Under the pieces are notes generated by a model that was not told the DNA's origin, did not search any database, and worked only from the letters and a program-made list of their open reading frames with translations. A DNA stretch of 63,807 bases, counting the filler, from Reticulomyxa filosa (Eukaryota > Protista > Foraminifera), in NCBI GenBank assembly GCA_000512085.1. It is 17 parts of 17 records of this genome, joined end to end, with 100 filler letters (N's around TTAATTAATTAA, not from the genome) between each part and the next. Parts side by side here need not be neighbours in the genome. Positions count along the whole stretch, not along the records: positions 26,495 to 29,452 come from ASPP01018725.1; positions 29,553 to 33,394 come from ASPP01013670.1; positions 33,495 to 36,827 come from ASPP01000727.1; positions 36,928 to 45,194 come from ASPP01016753.1; 13 more parts are not named here. The stretch is one strand, 5' to 3'. The position numbers were made by a program, and so were the translations under genes. Shown here piece by piece: positions 26,395 through 39,390 of this stretch (within the stretch, counting starts at the first letter, position 1; each line of letters starts with the position of its first letter).

Positions 26395-26494
26395 NNNNNN
26401 NNNNNNNNNNNNNNNNNNNNNNNNNNNNNNNNNNNNNNTTAATTAATTAANNNNNNNNNNNNNNNNNNNNNNNNNNNNNNNNNNNNNNNNNNNN

Positions 26495-26532
<38 letters not shown>

Positions 26533-26574
26533 TTTAGATTTTCTAATAACGAATAATCCAATACACTGTAATAG

Positions 26575-29380
26575 ACCCAAAGCCTATTTCACCGACGCTT
26601 GGCAAGTATTTGACTTTTGCATTGTCACACTATCACTGCTCGACTTGTATGTATTGCGAAGCATAAACTTCCACGCAACCACGTTACGGGCTTTTCGTGT
26701 GTTTCGCATCTTTCGGGCATTTCGGACCTTTCGTCTGCTGCACAAATTCGAATTCTTGCGGTTGCTGCTGGACCTCGTGCTCGAGTCCATCGCCGAGGTC
26801 GCGTGGCTGACGGTGATATTACTCATCTTCATGTTCATGTTCGCGACACTGGGCATGTCGCTGTTTGGGACCTCTATATCCCGTCTGGACAATCCACGAG
26901 GCAAGTGGAAATTCGATACATTGTTTTCCGCTATGATGTCCGTGTTCATCTTAATTACCGGTGACGCCTGGGACTCGATGTTGTACGACGCCGTTGATGC
27001 TACCGGACGCGGTGCCATTATCTATTTCATCGTCGTCATTTGTTTTGGTACGTATATCGTCATGAATCTATTCATGGCCGTGTTGATCAGTCATTTGCGT
27101 GTGGACAATGTTATCATTATATATATATGTATATATATATATATAATGATAACATTTAATTCATTCATTTATTTATTTTGTTGTAAACCTAAATAACATA
27201 AAAGACGCAAGAAAAGTTTCTGTTGGAAGATTGTGTGACGTACGCGAAGGAATTACGAATGCAGAAACACAGCAATGGCGACAGTCTGACTAAATCCGAG
27301 TGTTTAATGCGCCTGGTAATGAAATTGGAACGTGTGGAATATTTGATGAAGCATCGCCAAAACCAACGAGAGGGCAAGCATTCGCGTGACAAATCCAAGT
27401 TGGAGGGCATTTCGTTTGGGATCTTTACGCCAACAAATGCATTTCGCCGCAAAGTCCATGCGCTTGTCACTCATCGCGCGTTTGATATTTGTGTGGACTT
27501 GATCATCTTGCTCAATTGCGGATTCTTGGCTGCAGACGAGCCGAAAACCGACAAGTACAATCGCCAACTATTCTTTATTGCAGACATCATTTTCACCACC
27601 ATTTTTGCTACTGAAATGTTGTTGAAGATCATTGCTTTGGGGTGTTTTCGTTATGTTCTAATTATTGCACTATCTACATGCACACATGCATATACACAGA
27701 TATATTTATGTATATGCATGCGCTTGTGTATTTTTAATGGTATTGTTGTGATATATTTATATAGCACAAAACTTTTGTGGGAAAAGGAAATGGAAAAAGG
27801 TAAGTGACGATGAGGCCATGGCACGTTGGACATGGAAGGCCCATGAGGTGATAATGCGGCTGACTCCAATCCGCGATGTGTTCAGTTCACAAGGCCCAAT
27901 GCTAGCAATCGAAGCGATCGAATCGAACGACGGATACCAATTGGTGCATGCAGTTGGCATGGGCGAACAAAACTATCGCATTTTATTCAAAGACTCTGAG
28001 TTTGTCACCGCGTATTTGTGGTGCGACATTGACAAAGGTGTGTGGCGCGAATGGAACAAATTGACGACAGGCGACAAGAAAGGGGACGATAACAAAAATG
28101 GTGCTAGTGGTAATATCAATGGCAATATCAATGGCAATATCAATGGCAATAGCAATGACAATAGCAATGATGATGAGAATAACAATGGTAATGAACATGG
28201 AGATGAACAAACAGATAAATTAAGAGATGTGTGCACGTCCTTTGATATGAGCGACTATCATCACAACGCATATTTGGAGAGCAATTGGAATCGATTGGAC
28301 GCCTCTGTAGTGTGTATCGCAGTGATTGGGGTTGGGTTCCCGCAAATTTCGTTTCTAAAAAGTTTGCGTGCATTTCGGCCTTTTCGTATCATGGTTCGAA
28401 TCGACCAAATCAAAGTTGTCATTGGGGCGTTGATGCGAGCCATCCCTGCCATATTGACCACCATGTTATTTTGCATATTGTTTTGGTTTGTGTTGGCAAT
28501 TTTGGGAATGGGCTGGTGGTCTGATAAGTTCAATACCTGTATTGTCCCCGATACCAATGCCAATGCCAATGCCAATGCCAATGCCACTGCTTCCATCGAT
28601 CCGTCAATTGCACTCACCTGGGATAAACAAACGTGTCTTACAAATCATTTGGAATGGCGTTCCAGCACATACAATTTTGATAACGTGTTCCAATCACTTC
28701 ACACTTTGTTCATTATCTCGTCACGGTCCAATTGGAATGATATCATGTATCAAGCCATTGAAAGCTCTGGCAAAGGTCGTGCTCCAAGGGCAGATCACCA
28801 TCCCTTAGCTGCCTTGTACTTTATCATCGTCATGATTTTGTGCTCTTTCTTCAGCTTGAATTTAATCGTCTCCGTTTTGGTCGACAACTTCAATCGCATC
28901 AAGGCGGAGAAAGATGGCAGCGCTTTTCAAACCGAAGCGCAGCGTGAATGGGTCAAAAATCACAGCTTACTTCGGAGAATCGCACTCAAGCCGAATGCTA
29001 CTCCGCCCAAACAAAAACTTCGAAAGTTTTGATAAGTGGTTGATACGTGTATATATCAATAAATACAATATATATACATATATATATGTATATATGTGTA
29101 TATGTATACGTATACATATATATGTAATATATGTATCGCTGAGACTTTTGAAAGAAAGAAAAAATTGCATTTGCACATAGACTTTGCTTTATGCTAGTGG
29201 AACATTCCAAGTTTGAGCCAGTAGTTGTGATACTTCTTCTATTCAATGCGTTAACAATGGCATGCCAACACTATCAGCAGAGCCATCAATGGGAACAAGT
29301 ACTGTCCACGTTCGATGCTGTGTTTGTTGTTTTGTTTGCGATTGAAGCACTTATCAAAATTATCGCTCATGGATTTCGAG
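26575..29380 (+). CDS. Four-domain voltage-gated Ca2+/Na+ channel alpha subunit, domains II to IV (fragment)
   Basis: S4 segments RAFRVFRIFRAFRTFRLL and KSLRAFRPFR; pore loops TGDAW and SRSNW; NFDN; S6 LNLIVSVLVDNF; III-IV linker FQTEAQREW. Confidence 0.93.
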
Positions 29381-29552
29381 TTTAGTTTTATTTGTTTATT
29401 TGCTTAATTATGTATTGTTGATTCTTTTTTTTTTTTGTTTGTTTGTTTATTTNNNNNNNNNNNNNNNNNNNNNNNNNNNNNNNNNNNNNNNNNNNNTTAA
29501 TTAATTAANNNNNNNNNNNNNNNNNNNNNNNNNNNNNNNNNNNNNNNNNNNN

Positions 29553-31315
29553 TCTTCTTCTTCTTCTTCTTCTTCTTCTTCTTCTTCATCATCATCTTCT
29601 TCTTCTCGATGATGATGATGATGATGATCTTCGGCATCATCTCTTCCTCTTCCTCCTCCTCCTCCTCCTCCTTTTCTTCTTTTTCCTCTTCCTCTTCCTT
29701 TTCCTCTTCCTCCTTGCCTTGCACTATAATTTAACAATAACGCTCCTGCCATCAACAGGTTCCACACTGCCGACATCTTTTGATCTGTTCCGTACGCGAT
29801 TTTTTTTCCGTTTCCATCATACAAAGGTTGCTCGGGTTCTATTTTTGTCCAAGGTGCATTGATTTGGCGACACATCAATGTGCAAGGATTGCCTTGCACG
29901 CCGACGATCAAACTTGCACCCAAGTCAATCGGGGTGTTCAAGTTGTTAGAGGTGTGAACTCTCCCACCAATCCTTTCCTTTGCCTCCAATACGACGCATT
30001 TATGTCCAAAGGAAGTCAATTTCCTCGCGGCGGCTAAGCCGGCAGTCCCGGCGCCGATAATAATGATCTGTTTTCGAGGACCACCCCCGATGGGAGTGAA
30101 TTGCACATGCTCGCATATGCCGGTGTTGATGTATCCATATTGATTTAGAAAATCCCACGCTCTGCGAACAACGCCGTGAAACCTCTCTTCAAAGTGTTGC
30201 AAGGTCGAGTCGAGTGTCAGAAATTTGCGGACATTTCGACACCACAAAGCCACGATTTGATTGCGTAATTCCAAATATACATCCTCATCTCGGCCTTGCT
30301 CTATCAAATCTCCCAGTTTAAATGTCTCAATTTCGTTCATGAATAGAGGCACTAGAAAGCATTCGCTTACCAATCTATGTACTCTCTCTCGTTCCTCCAG
30401 TCTTCGTCGCTTCTGTTCCTGCTCTTCTTCTTCAAATTGCTGCAGCTGTAGTCGCTTCTCCTCTTCCTCGTCGTCTCTCTTTTTATTCACGTGATCCGGG
30501 TGGTTGTCATGATCATCACTGTTCATTGATCCCATGTCCTCATCTTCATCGTCCTCATCAATGTCATAATGAATTGGGTGGTTATCCTCATCTCCACTCT
30601 CCATTATCTCCACAATGTCTTTTTTGTCCTTGCTTTTGTTATTTTTATCACTTTTGTTGCCATTGCTGTTCTGCTGCTGCTGCTTCTTCTTCTTCTTCTT
30701 TTTCTTCTTCTTCTTCTTAAGAGTAGTAGGCTGAATTTGTGATGAGCTTTGTTGTTCCTTTTCTCCATTGTTCCCATTGCCATCATTGTGTGCTGTCTTT
30801 GTTGGCGCTTCGTACTTGTCTTCTATACTGTCTGTCCATTCCTTCGTCTCTTTCGTTACTTGTGGTGATTGGTTCGTTGGGGATTTGGGTGAAAATGATG
30901 TCCCTCTTCTGCCTTGGCCACGTTCATTTGCATTCATTTCGCCTTTTTTTTTTTATTTTATTTTGTTTTGTTTTGTTTTGTTTTGATCTCTTTTTTTTCT
31001 TTTTTCATTTTTCATTTTTATGCGAAAACGTTGTCCCTTTTTTTGGAGGACAAAGAATCAATCCGACAAGCTTCGTTAGATTTATTTAAAAAAAAAAAAA
31101 AAATTCTGCAGTTGTGCGCCTTTGGTCGTACCATCCATTTCATTCGAAATGTCCGGCTGTGTTGTTGTGGTTTTTTCAATCTTTGCCCTCTTTGAACTTG
31201 GCTCAAGATTGTCTACAAAGGGTGGCATATTTTCTTCTTCTTTATTTTCAATTTCTTCTTCTTTTTGAACACTTAGAGGACGTTTCTGACTCGATAATTG
31301 AGGAGGTAAGTCCAT
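29553..31315 (-). CDS. KDM1A: LSD1/KDM1 lysine-specific demethylase (SWIRM + FAD amine oxidase), 3'-partial
   Basis: SWIRM YLELRNQIVALW...FLNQYGYINTG; GAGTAGLAAARKL, EAKERIGGRV, DLGAS. Confidence 0.9.
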
Positions 31316-31639
31316 TGATATAATAGATGTTGCAATAATTTTCTTTCAAAAAAAAAAAATAGCCGAGGGGAAACGTACTGGCCTTAGCATGGTTGGCAAT
31401 TTTAAATTCTTTGTTTTTTTTTTTAAAAAAAAAAAAAAAAACGAAATGACATTTTACAATCGATAAATGGAGATTTTTTCTACTGCAATCTTTTTGTTAT
31501 GTTATTTCTCAATTAGAAACACTTTTGGACTGGTACAACAAACACGAAATGTACAACAACAAAAAAACGACGCTATATGTGCAGTGAGGTTAACGAAAAG
31601 AATATCACCTTTTTTTGATTGTCTTTATCGCTCCTAGAA
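31316..31639. promoter_or_regulatory. Probable bidirectional promoter
   Basis: 324 bp between divergent ATGs (31315 on minus, 31640 on plus). Confidence 0.45.
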
Positions 31640-33394
31640 ATGCGAAAATTTCAACTAATATTGCGACATTCAGGTTAGCGTTAAATCTTGCTTTTTTATG
31701 AATGAGAGAAGCAGAAACAGCAAGAATTTTCTAGGGGGGGGAAAAAAAAAAACGAAAACAGGACAACTGTGGAACAGATATCCATGCTGTCGTTGGTTAT
31801 CATTGTCAGCAAAGTTGCCACTATCATCTTGGGATCACACAGCGTCAAAAGAAGCAGTGGTCAAAGCCAGCACAACAAAAGCAAAAAGAAAGACAGCAAA
31901 AAAGAAGGAGGAGCCAGCATTACTTCCAACTGACCAAGAGCCAAAACCAAAGGTAAAAAAAAAAAAAAAAAAAAGCAAGACACATACGTTGGTATACAAC
32001 ATACCAAATGGCAAACATAAAAAAAAAAAAAAAAAAAAAGCGTGTAAAGTCGAAAGCAACTAAAAAGCCAACCTGGATACAGGAAGTGCAAATGCACAAA
32101 AGCAAAGAAGATATATCCGTGTGTATACAACAAATTGTGGAAAACAGCAAGAAATGGCCAGAGCAGAAGACTGGGTTGCAAGGGTGGCTCCACGGCGTGT
32201 CACTATTGTTGTATCATTACGACCACAGCAATCACGACTCGCAACAACGGGTATTGTCGCACTTGCAGACCTTGTGTTTGAATGTGTTTGCTTGCAAACA
32301 CAACACGTCTTTGGGGTCGGAGCCCCCCAACCCCACTGCCACACGTTGGGTCATGTCTCAGCAGCTCTTTTCGTCGTTGTTTGACACCATTGTGATGTCC
32401 ATAGCCATTGAAAATCCCGCCTTTTCTTTGCTGCAAGAAAGGACGCTGTGGAAGCCTATACACTGGCTCTTCCACTCCTTCCTCCAAGACTCGGTTGAAT
32501 GGGAACAGGACTCGTTTCTTGACCCACTCTCCAAACTTTATTTCTTCAAACACGTCTGGCTCGCTCGGGTCGAATTTGTTGAATCTTGCAGAACCGATTA
32601 TGACAGTTGAACCTACTTTTCCACTCTTTTTTTTTTTTTTTTTTTCCCTTTTTCTTCACGTAAGAGCTTTTTGTATGTTGTAATGTGTAACCAAATGCAA
32701 TTAGATGATGTATCGAGCTATAGTGGCAAAGTAAAGAGCTTGGATGTAAGTCCCAGAGGTGTCCGTTTCAAAATTGAAATGGACACGGAGATTGATGTAA
32801 GCTCATCGTACGTACTTTTGTCGGCCAAAGGGTCGTCAAAGCGATGGGTCAGTTGGCTATCCACAACCAAACAAGCCCTCATTCTTGACACTGTCCACTG
32901 TGTTGGATACGACTTCAAACCTGAAGATGACATCACCATTGAAGTCCTTTATGGGATTACTGCTTCATTTGTCGAAGGATTGCAGGTTTCGCTTTTCTAA
33001 TGTACTTTTTATATATTATATAATACATATACATATATATATGTACATACATATATATATATATATATATATGTATATGTATATATATACATATACATAT
33101 ATATATATGTATATGTATACATATTATATATCCCCCCTTTCTCCCTCCTCCCTCTTCCCTTCACTGGTAATTATGATAGGCTCTGCGAGGACTGACAACA
33201 ACGCAAAAAGACTTTTCCAGTGTCATTCGCAACGCTTTACTCGAAAACAATATCAAACCATCGGCCCTTATACAGACAACGGATACCCCGTCGCCTATGA
33301 TATGGTCCACTCCGTTGTTTGAGGAACTCAATGAAAGTCAAAAGATGGCTGTAAGATGTGCACTCAGTCAGTTTTGCTTTCTTTTCTTCCCTCG
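31640..33394 (+). CDS. UPF1-like SF1 helicase N-terminal part (5 exons, 3'-partial)
   Basis: Stalk-like YFFKHVWLARVEF, a barrel-like exon, then LFEELNESQKMAVRCAL (Q motif). The contig ends before Walker A. Confidence 0.6.
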
Positions 33395-34129
33395 NNNNNN
33401 NNNNNNNNNNNNNNNNNNNNNNNNNNNNNNNNNNNNNNTTAATTAATTAANNNNNNNNNNNNNNNNNNNNNNNNNNNNNNNNNNNNNNNNNNNNTAAAAT
33501 ATAATTACTTTATTTTTTTTACTAATCGGGTTCCTTGCACGATCATCGAAAGTCCATTGTTTATTATTTTTTTAAAAAAAACAAACACTGTCTTGCACTT
33601 TTTTCCACACAGTGCTGTGACTTTGTTGGGATACATTGAGGCTCTGACTTTAATGAAGTTAATTATATTTTGGAGTCTGCTTCCTTTTCTTGCACTTTTT
33701 AAACTTGGCCGTTGGTTTGCAAACCCTTTTCTTCTTTTATCTTTTCCTTTTCACTTTCTTTTTTTTTCTTTTTCTTTTTCTTTCTCTTTCTTTGTCTTTT
33801 GTTTGTACATTTTGCAAAGATGAACTCTGCAGCTGATACTCCAAAGACAGTAGCACTTTTGTCAATAGATTAATATCTTGAATAGACATCCCAATCTTAT
33901 CTCGGAGCAAACCCTTTAATTCTTTTTTCTGTTTTTAAATTGTCAGTAATCTTTGTAATGTTATTTTATGACCCTTTTTTTTTAAAGCAAGAGGTGCCAT
34001 TAAAAAAAAAAAGATGGAGTGAAAAACACAATAAGAAACAAATAAAGAAACATGTAGACATACACGAATATACGTATACACACACATACACATACAGGAA
34101 AAGACTTTGGTAGTGGAATTTTCAGAGGG

Positions 34130-34790
34130 ATTCTTCCAAAATTGATGTTTGACAGGGGCGTTGCCAAACGAACGTTTTGGTGGTAACTCGAAATATTGTG
34201 ATGGTGCTTTGCTTTTTCTTCAACACTTTGCAATTGTAGTGGAATGTCATGATGCATCTTAGTATTCCATGGAATAGGAGAAATGCACCGTTTCAATTGC
34301 GAGTCAATTACACATTTCTCTGTCGCAAATAACTGCGTTGTAATCATCACTTTGTCTTTACACTGAAGTGTGCAATCAACAGCGTACAGATTTCCATCAA
34401 TGATTATATCATCCAGTATTATTAATTTGCTTTTTATTACGTGAATCCAATAACTTACAAAATCTTTTCTTTCTATCTTATTGCTGTTTATTAACATGAG
34501 AAAGGAAAAAGAGTAATCAATGCCTTGTGTTATATCCATTTTTCCATTCTTTATTTTTTGCTACAACAATAAATCCTTACTCATTGTTCTTCATCATTTT
34601 TGCATCCATTTTTGCTGCTTCTACATTAGACTTTTTCCAGTTTTTATTCCAATGTTTCTTGAAATCCAACGTCTCAATCATCAATTCTGGTAACGTTATT
34701 GTATGTTTCTTTATTCCATCATTAAGACATGTCATTTTAGAAAATAGTTTGAAATTTCCAATAAAAACCCCCTTCTTTTCCATTCACAAC
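34130..34790 (-). pseudogene. Decayed N-terminal domain of a lineage-expanded TPR-type family
   Basis: ORFs 34577..34783 and 34000..34539 are in one frame separated by a stop; IDGNLYAVDC and ISPIPWNTKMHHDIP. Family recognised from memory. Confidence 0.55.
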
Positions 34791-34977
34791 TTTTTTATCT
34801 AGTAGTAAATATAAACAATGGCTGATGAATCAAAGATTAAATATAGAAACTAATAAGTTATTTTAAACAAAGGGGTTTGAAAAAATTTTTTAAATATGAT
34901 AAGTTTGTTTTTCGTAGTTCAAACAAAATCCTTTCATTGCGCTAATATTGGATTTTGAACAACTGCATTTTATTGTG

Positions 34978-35530
34978 ATGAGCACAGCTGCTTCTCGTTT
35001 TACAGTTTTGCCAATTCCAATTCGTTATATTCAATGTATAGTACACAAACACGAAATTATTATTTGTACAAATATATTTATTCATATCCGGATTACGTTA
35101 GGTTATATGGATACTGTGTAGTAAAGTATGTGGAGAACGATGATTCAAATTATGTTACATTGTTATCTTTTGGAGGGAATTGTAAGCATACGTTGAGAAT
35201 GAAATATATGAGTGTTTGGGGAGATGAAAACAAAAAAAACGAAAATGCGATTAAAAAGAAAAACATGAAATACTGTAACAAATGGATGCCCTTGACGAGC
35301 AATGGCAATAGATTCAGATTGGAGATAGTGCAGATAATTATGCTGGAGTGCGCGGAAGGAATAATCATTTATTGTTTATTACGTAATATCCGAATAATAT
35401 TGGCATATTTGATCTCAACACACTCCACTTTATTAAGCGTGCTTTTTTGCCAGTCATGGTTTCACGATATCTCATGGTATTCATGCTTATTTTACTTAAT
35501 TTGTTTTAAAATTGGAACAAGCAAATAACA
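34978..35530 (+). pseudogene. Decayed kelch-like propeller family copy
   Basis: LPIPI...QC, YPDYVRLYGYCVVK, TLLSFGG..KHTL.MKY.SVW, with frameshifts. Confidence 0.65.
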
Positions 35531-36985
35531 GATAACATTAGAAAAGAAAAATTTTTATAATTATTTTAAACGTATTCTCGTTTTTAACAAAAGAAGTGGT
35601 CATGTCACAGTCGGACAATAAATGGCATAGAACGAAAAGGATGAATTGAAACATTTAGTTATAATAAAATTATATGACAAGAAATTAACTAGTAAAAAAA
35701 GCTTCCTGTTGGAAGAAAAAATAAAATAAAATAATTGTTTGATCTGCTAGAGTTGAAGTGCTTTCTATCTATGTTGTTATTACGGCTTTTGCTAATATAG
35801 ATATCATTATTACATATGATCGTAAATTTTATTTGTTTTTTTTTTATCGCAATGTGGCCTATGCTTTATCAAGAAAGTAGTCACTATTTTGCAGAATTTG
35901 GGTCTATCAGTGATGTTGAATTTCAGGATATTATCTAAATCTGGTCAAGAATCAATTTCTAATTAAATTTTGTTTCACTTTTAAGAAAAAAAATTGTAAT
36001 TACAAAAGAAAGTCAGTAATATTAACACACAAAGATAATTTATGTTATTGTCATGTGGATTTTGGAGTCAAGAAAAAATACTTGAAACACAAAAATATTA
36101 TCAACAAAAAAATCCTTGATAGGTTTTTTTCCTATTCCCATCATTTATAATTAGGAAATGCGATACAAAGTTGAAAACTCCTAATTGTGCGTTTTATGTT
36201 AATATTGCATCAAACTGTTGTAATGTTCTTATGACAAACAATTCATATTTAGGTATGAATGACAAAGCATAAAAACTCTAGGTTTTATTTGCTTCTCAAA
36301 GCTTACAAGTTTGTAGATTTTTCAAAATTTTATTCGGATATTTAAAATATTTTTTGAAAAATTAAAAACTAAAAAAATCCTTTTTTTTTATAATAAACAA
36401 TTCATAAGAATTATATCTTAGTTTTACAAAGATATTTTATGAAGATAAAAGAGATTACATCACAATACAAAATAAAAAAATCTTTTCAATAAAACAGAAT
36501 ATTACTTAAATATAAACATATGAAAAATTGTTATAGTGGACACAATCACTTGATCTTATTTATTTGTAGACACGATTGTTAATTTGAATGTGTGTGTGTA
36601 CAAAATATGCAATTTTTAATCAAATTGTTTCAAAACCAGTGTACAATAAATGGATGATATTTCAAAACACTTTACCGGTCGTATGTAAACAATATTATTA
36701 AAGATGATAAGTTTGAGTTATACCTGTGCAAATGAAAATATGAAAAAGAAGAACAATAAATGATTTTTTCAAACAAATCGATTATCAGCAAAGTATGGAA
36801 GAATTATTTACTTATAATGGGATATTTNNNNNNNNNNNNNNNNNNNNNNNNNNNNNNNNNNNNNNNNNNNNTTAATTAATTAANNNNNNNNNNNNNNNNN
36901 NNNNNNNNNNNNNNNNNNNNNNNNNNNTTTTTTGAAGTGTTAATAATGGAAAACTATTACACACACACACGCACATACAAATAGG

Positions 36986-37308
36986 AATTGGAAGAATTTG
37001 ACCCTTCGAAAGAAGCAGCAAAGGACTATCCTCCGCTGAATTTAGTAAATAATGGAAATGAAGTCAACTTGGGAGGAGACCAGATCAACCAATTGAAAAG
37101 TGAAATGATGGCCGAAATGAACCGATTGCACTTGCAATCCATGCGAGAAATGATCGAACGAGAAGAAAACTTGCGTTGGAGTGTTTAGTGCTTGTATTTT
37201 TATTGTGTGTATTCTGGAAAAAAGAGCTACATACCAAAGGGAGAGGATGGGATTGATAACACTGTAATAACAATAACAAATAACAAATAACCAATAACCA
37301 ATAATAAC

Positions 37309-37342
<34 letters not shown>

Positions 37343-37973
37343 TTATAAAAGAACCAACAAGACGAAAAGAAGACCAATTTAATGACAGAAGAAGAAGCCA
37401 ATCGTGCCAAGTTGAACGATTTAGAAAAAATGCAACAGGAAATGTTGTCAGAGATTCGCGAGCTTACGAAAAAAGAAATTAACAATATCTTTGAAAAGCA
37501 ATTCCAACTTCGATCACAACAAGTTTTGTTTTTAAAAGTGTTTGGTTTTCGCTGACAACACACTTTATATACATATATAAATACATATATTTATATGCTT
37601 GTATAATAGGCTGGTGACAATGAATTGCGTAACAATAACGAAAAAGAGACGAAAAATCAAAAAGTTCGTCACTCGCATTTGGTTCGCACAAAGACGACTT
37701 GGGCGGAAGAGGACTTGGAAAAACTGAGACAAGAAATGATGAATGAATTCAACAATGCACAAAAGATTGCCTTGAATGCCATGTTCGAAAAGCAAACACA
37801 AAACCGTTGGACGGGCTATGGAAGCAGCTCGCCAAATGCCGACAGCGTCACTACTCCTACGACTACCAATCCTAACACTGCGACTGCTACTGTTGCTACT
37901 ACCACCACTGCTTCGAACAATAATAATGCCAATAAAAGTAATAATAATGATAACAATAATAATAATAATAATG

Positions 37974-38019
<46 letters not shown>

Positions 38020-38485
38020 CAACGCACCTATCAAAAAAGAGGAAATTCCTGTGAGTTCGACTCCAGAGTTCGTTGAGATGAAGTCACAAATGGAAAAAAA
38101 AATCTTACAGTTGACAAAACAATTGGGCGCTGAACAAGATAATAATAATAATTTACAAGACAGACTTGAGGAGTTAGTTGACGGTTATGAACGGAGATTG
38201 ACAGATGTCACTAAAGCAAAAAACGGGTTGCAAGATGAAATCGTGAGACTAATTGATTCCAAGGTTGTTCTAATTAAAACGACTGCTTGGCAATTGGACA
38301 ACTTAAGGTACTTTTTTTTTTCTCAACCTCCCCCCCCCCCCTCTCTGCTTTTTTTTCTTTCCATATTTTATTTTATTTTTTAATTCTGTTCGCATAGGAG
38401 GGTGATCAATGCATTGTTGCAAATCGAATCTTGCAGAGAGATTACTAAAATGCTGCTTGACGACTCTTTGCGTAATTCAAAATGA
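36986..38485 (+). CDS. Coiled-coil, Asn-rich hypothetical protein (4 exons, 5'-partial)
   Basis: Exons at about 36986-37180, 37352-37522, 37610-38306 and 38398-38485 with GT-AG boundaries and heptad-like sequence. Confidence 0.7.
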
Positions 38486-39109
38486 ATGATCATCAACCGT
38501 TTGAGACAAGTTGATTGAAGTGTATTTTGTACATCAGATAATTGTGTCTGGCTTATATTTTGCTCTTAACTCTTCACATGCCAAAAGGTTTTCACGCATT
38601 TTCCTTCCAATTTTTTGGTCTCTTCCCCAGCCAGTGACACGGTTATTTTTACTTCAACAACGTTTTTTTTTCATTTGTTGTTGTGGCAATACTTTGTTTT
38701 TTTGTTTTGTTTTTTTATTATTATTCTCACTACAAATCAGTATATCAATTTGCAAAGCCGAATTTTATGAAAAATATAATCCCAAATCCATATGATATTT
38801 CTTTCGACACATGGAAAAAAAAGAAGAGTGTTCTTCAGAATGTTAGACTAGATTGGGATCAAAATATAATGCAAAGGATAAACACTTGTTGCAATTTGTA
38901 TCAAAAACTTTTTTGTTGTCACTATTAGCGATAATAAATGAGGTTATCAATAATGTAATCACATAAATAAAATTTTTTCTTTTTATCACGAAATTTCTGT
39001 TTTTAATTTAGTTCACACGTTCATTGTTCTTTCTCGTCCATAAAAAGCCCTAAACGAAACCAATAATCTCTGAGCAATCATTATAACAAAACTTACCTTC
39101 AATGAAAAT

Positions 39110-39390
39110 CAATGAACAACATAGAAGAAGACTTAAAAGAAATAGAAACTGGAGTGTTTCAGGTTTCTCTGGAGAATTCTTGTTTCAGTAAAGAATAGAT
39201 TTTGCAATTGAACCAGCAAGAGCAAATTAATTACTTTATTTGTTTGATTTGCAAACAAGTTGACAGAAATCGTATTGAAATGAGCTGTGTGCAACACCAA
39301 GAAACAGAATACCTAAAACAAAAGGGCACGATCAATCGAACAGTCCAACAAAAGCAAAAGAAAACAGAAGAAAGATTCATAATTTGAAAC
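39110..39390 (+). pseudogene. Remnant of a TRAF/RING-type zinc-finger family N-terminus
   Basis: SCFSKE*ILQLNQQEQINYFICLICKQV...SCVQHQE, with an in-frame stop. Confidence 0.6.

Noticed and set aside
33000-33130. TA/TATG tracts as special elements (also near 5230, 29050, 51590, 61175)
   Set aside because: Ordinary intronic microsatellites.
23501-33394. Functional cluster of the NLR, channel and LSD1 genes
   Set aside because: They lie on different contigs separated by linkers.
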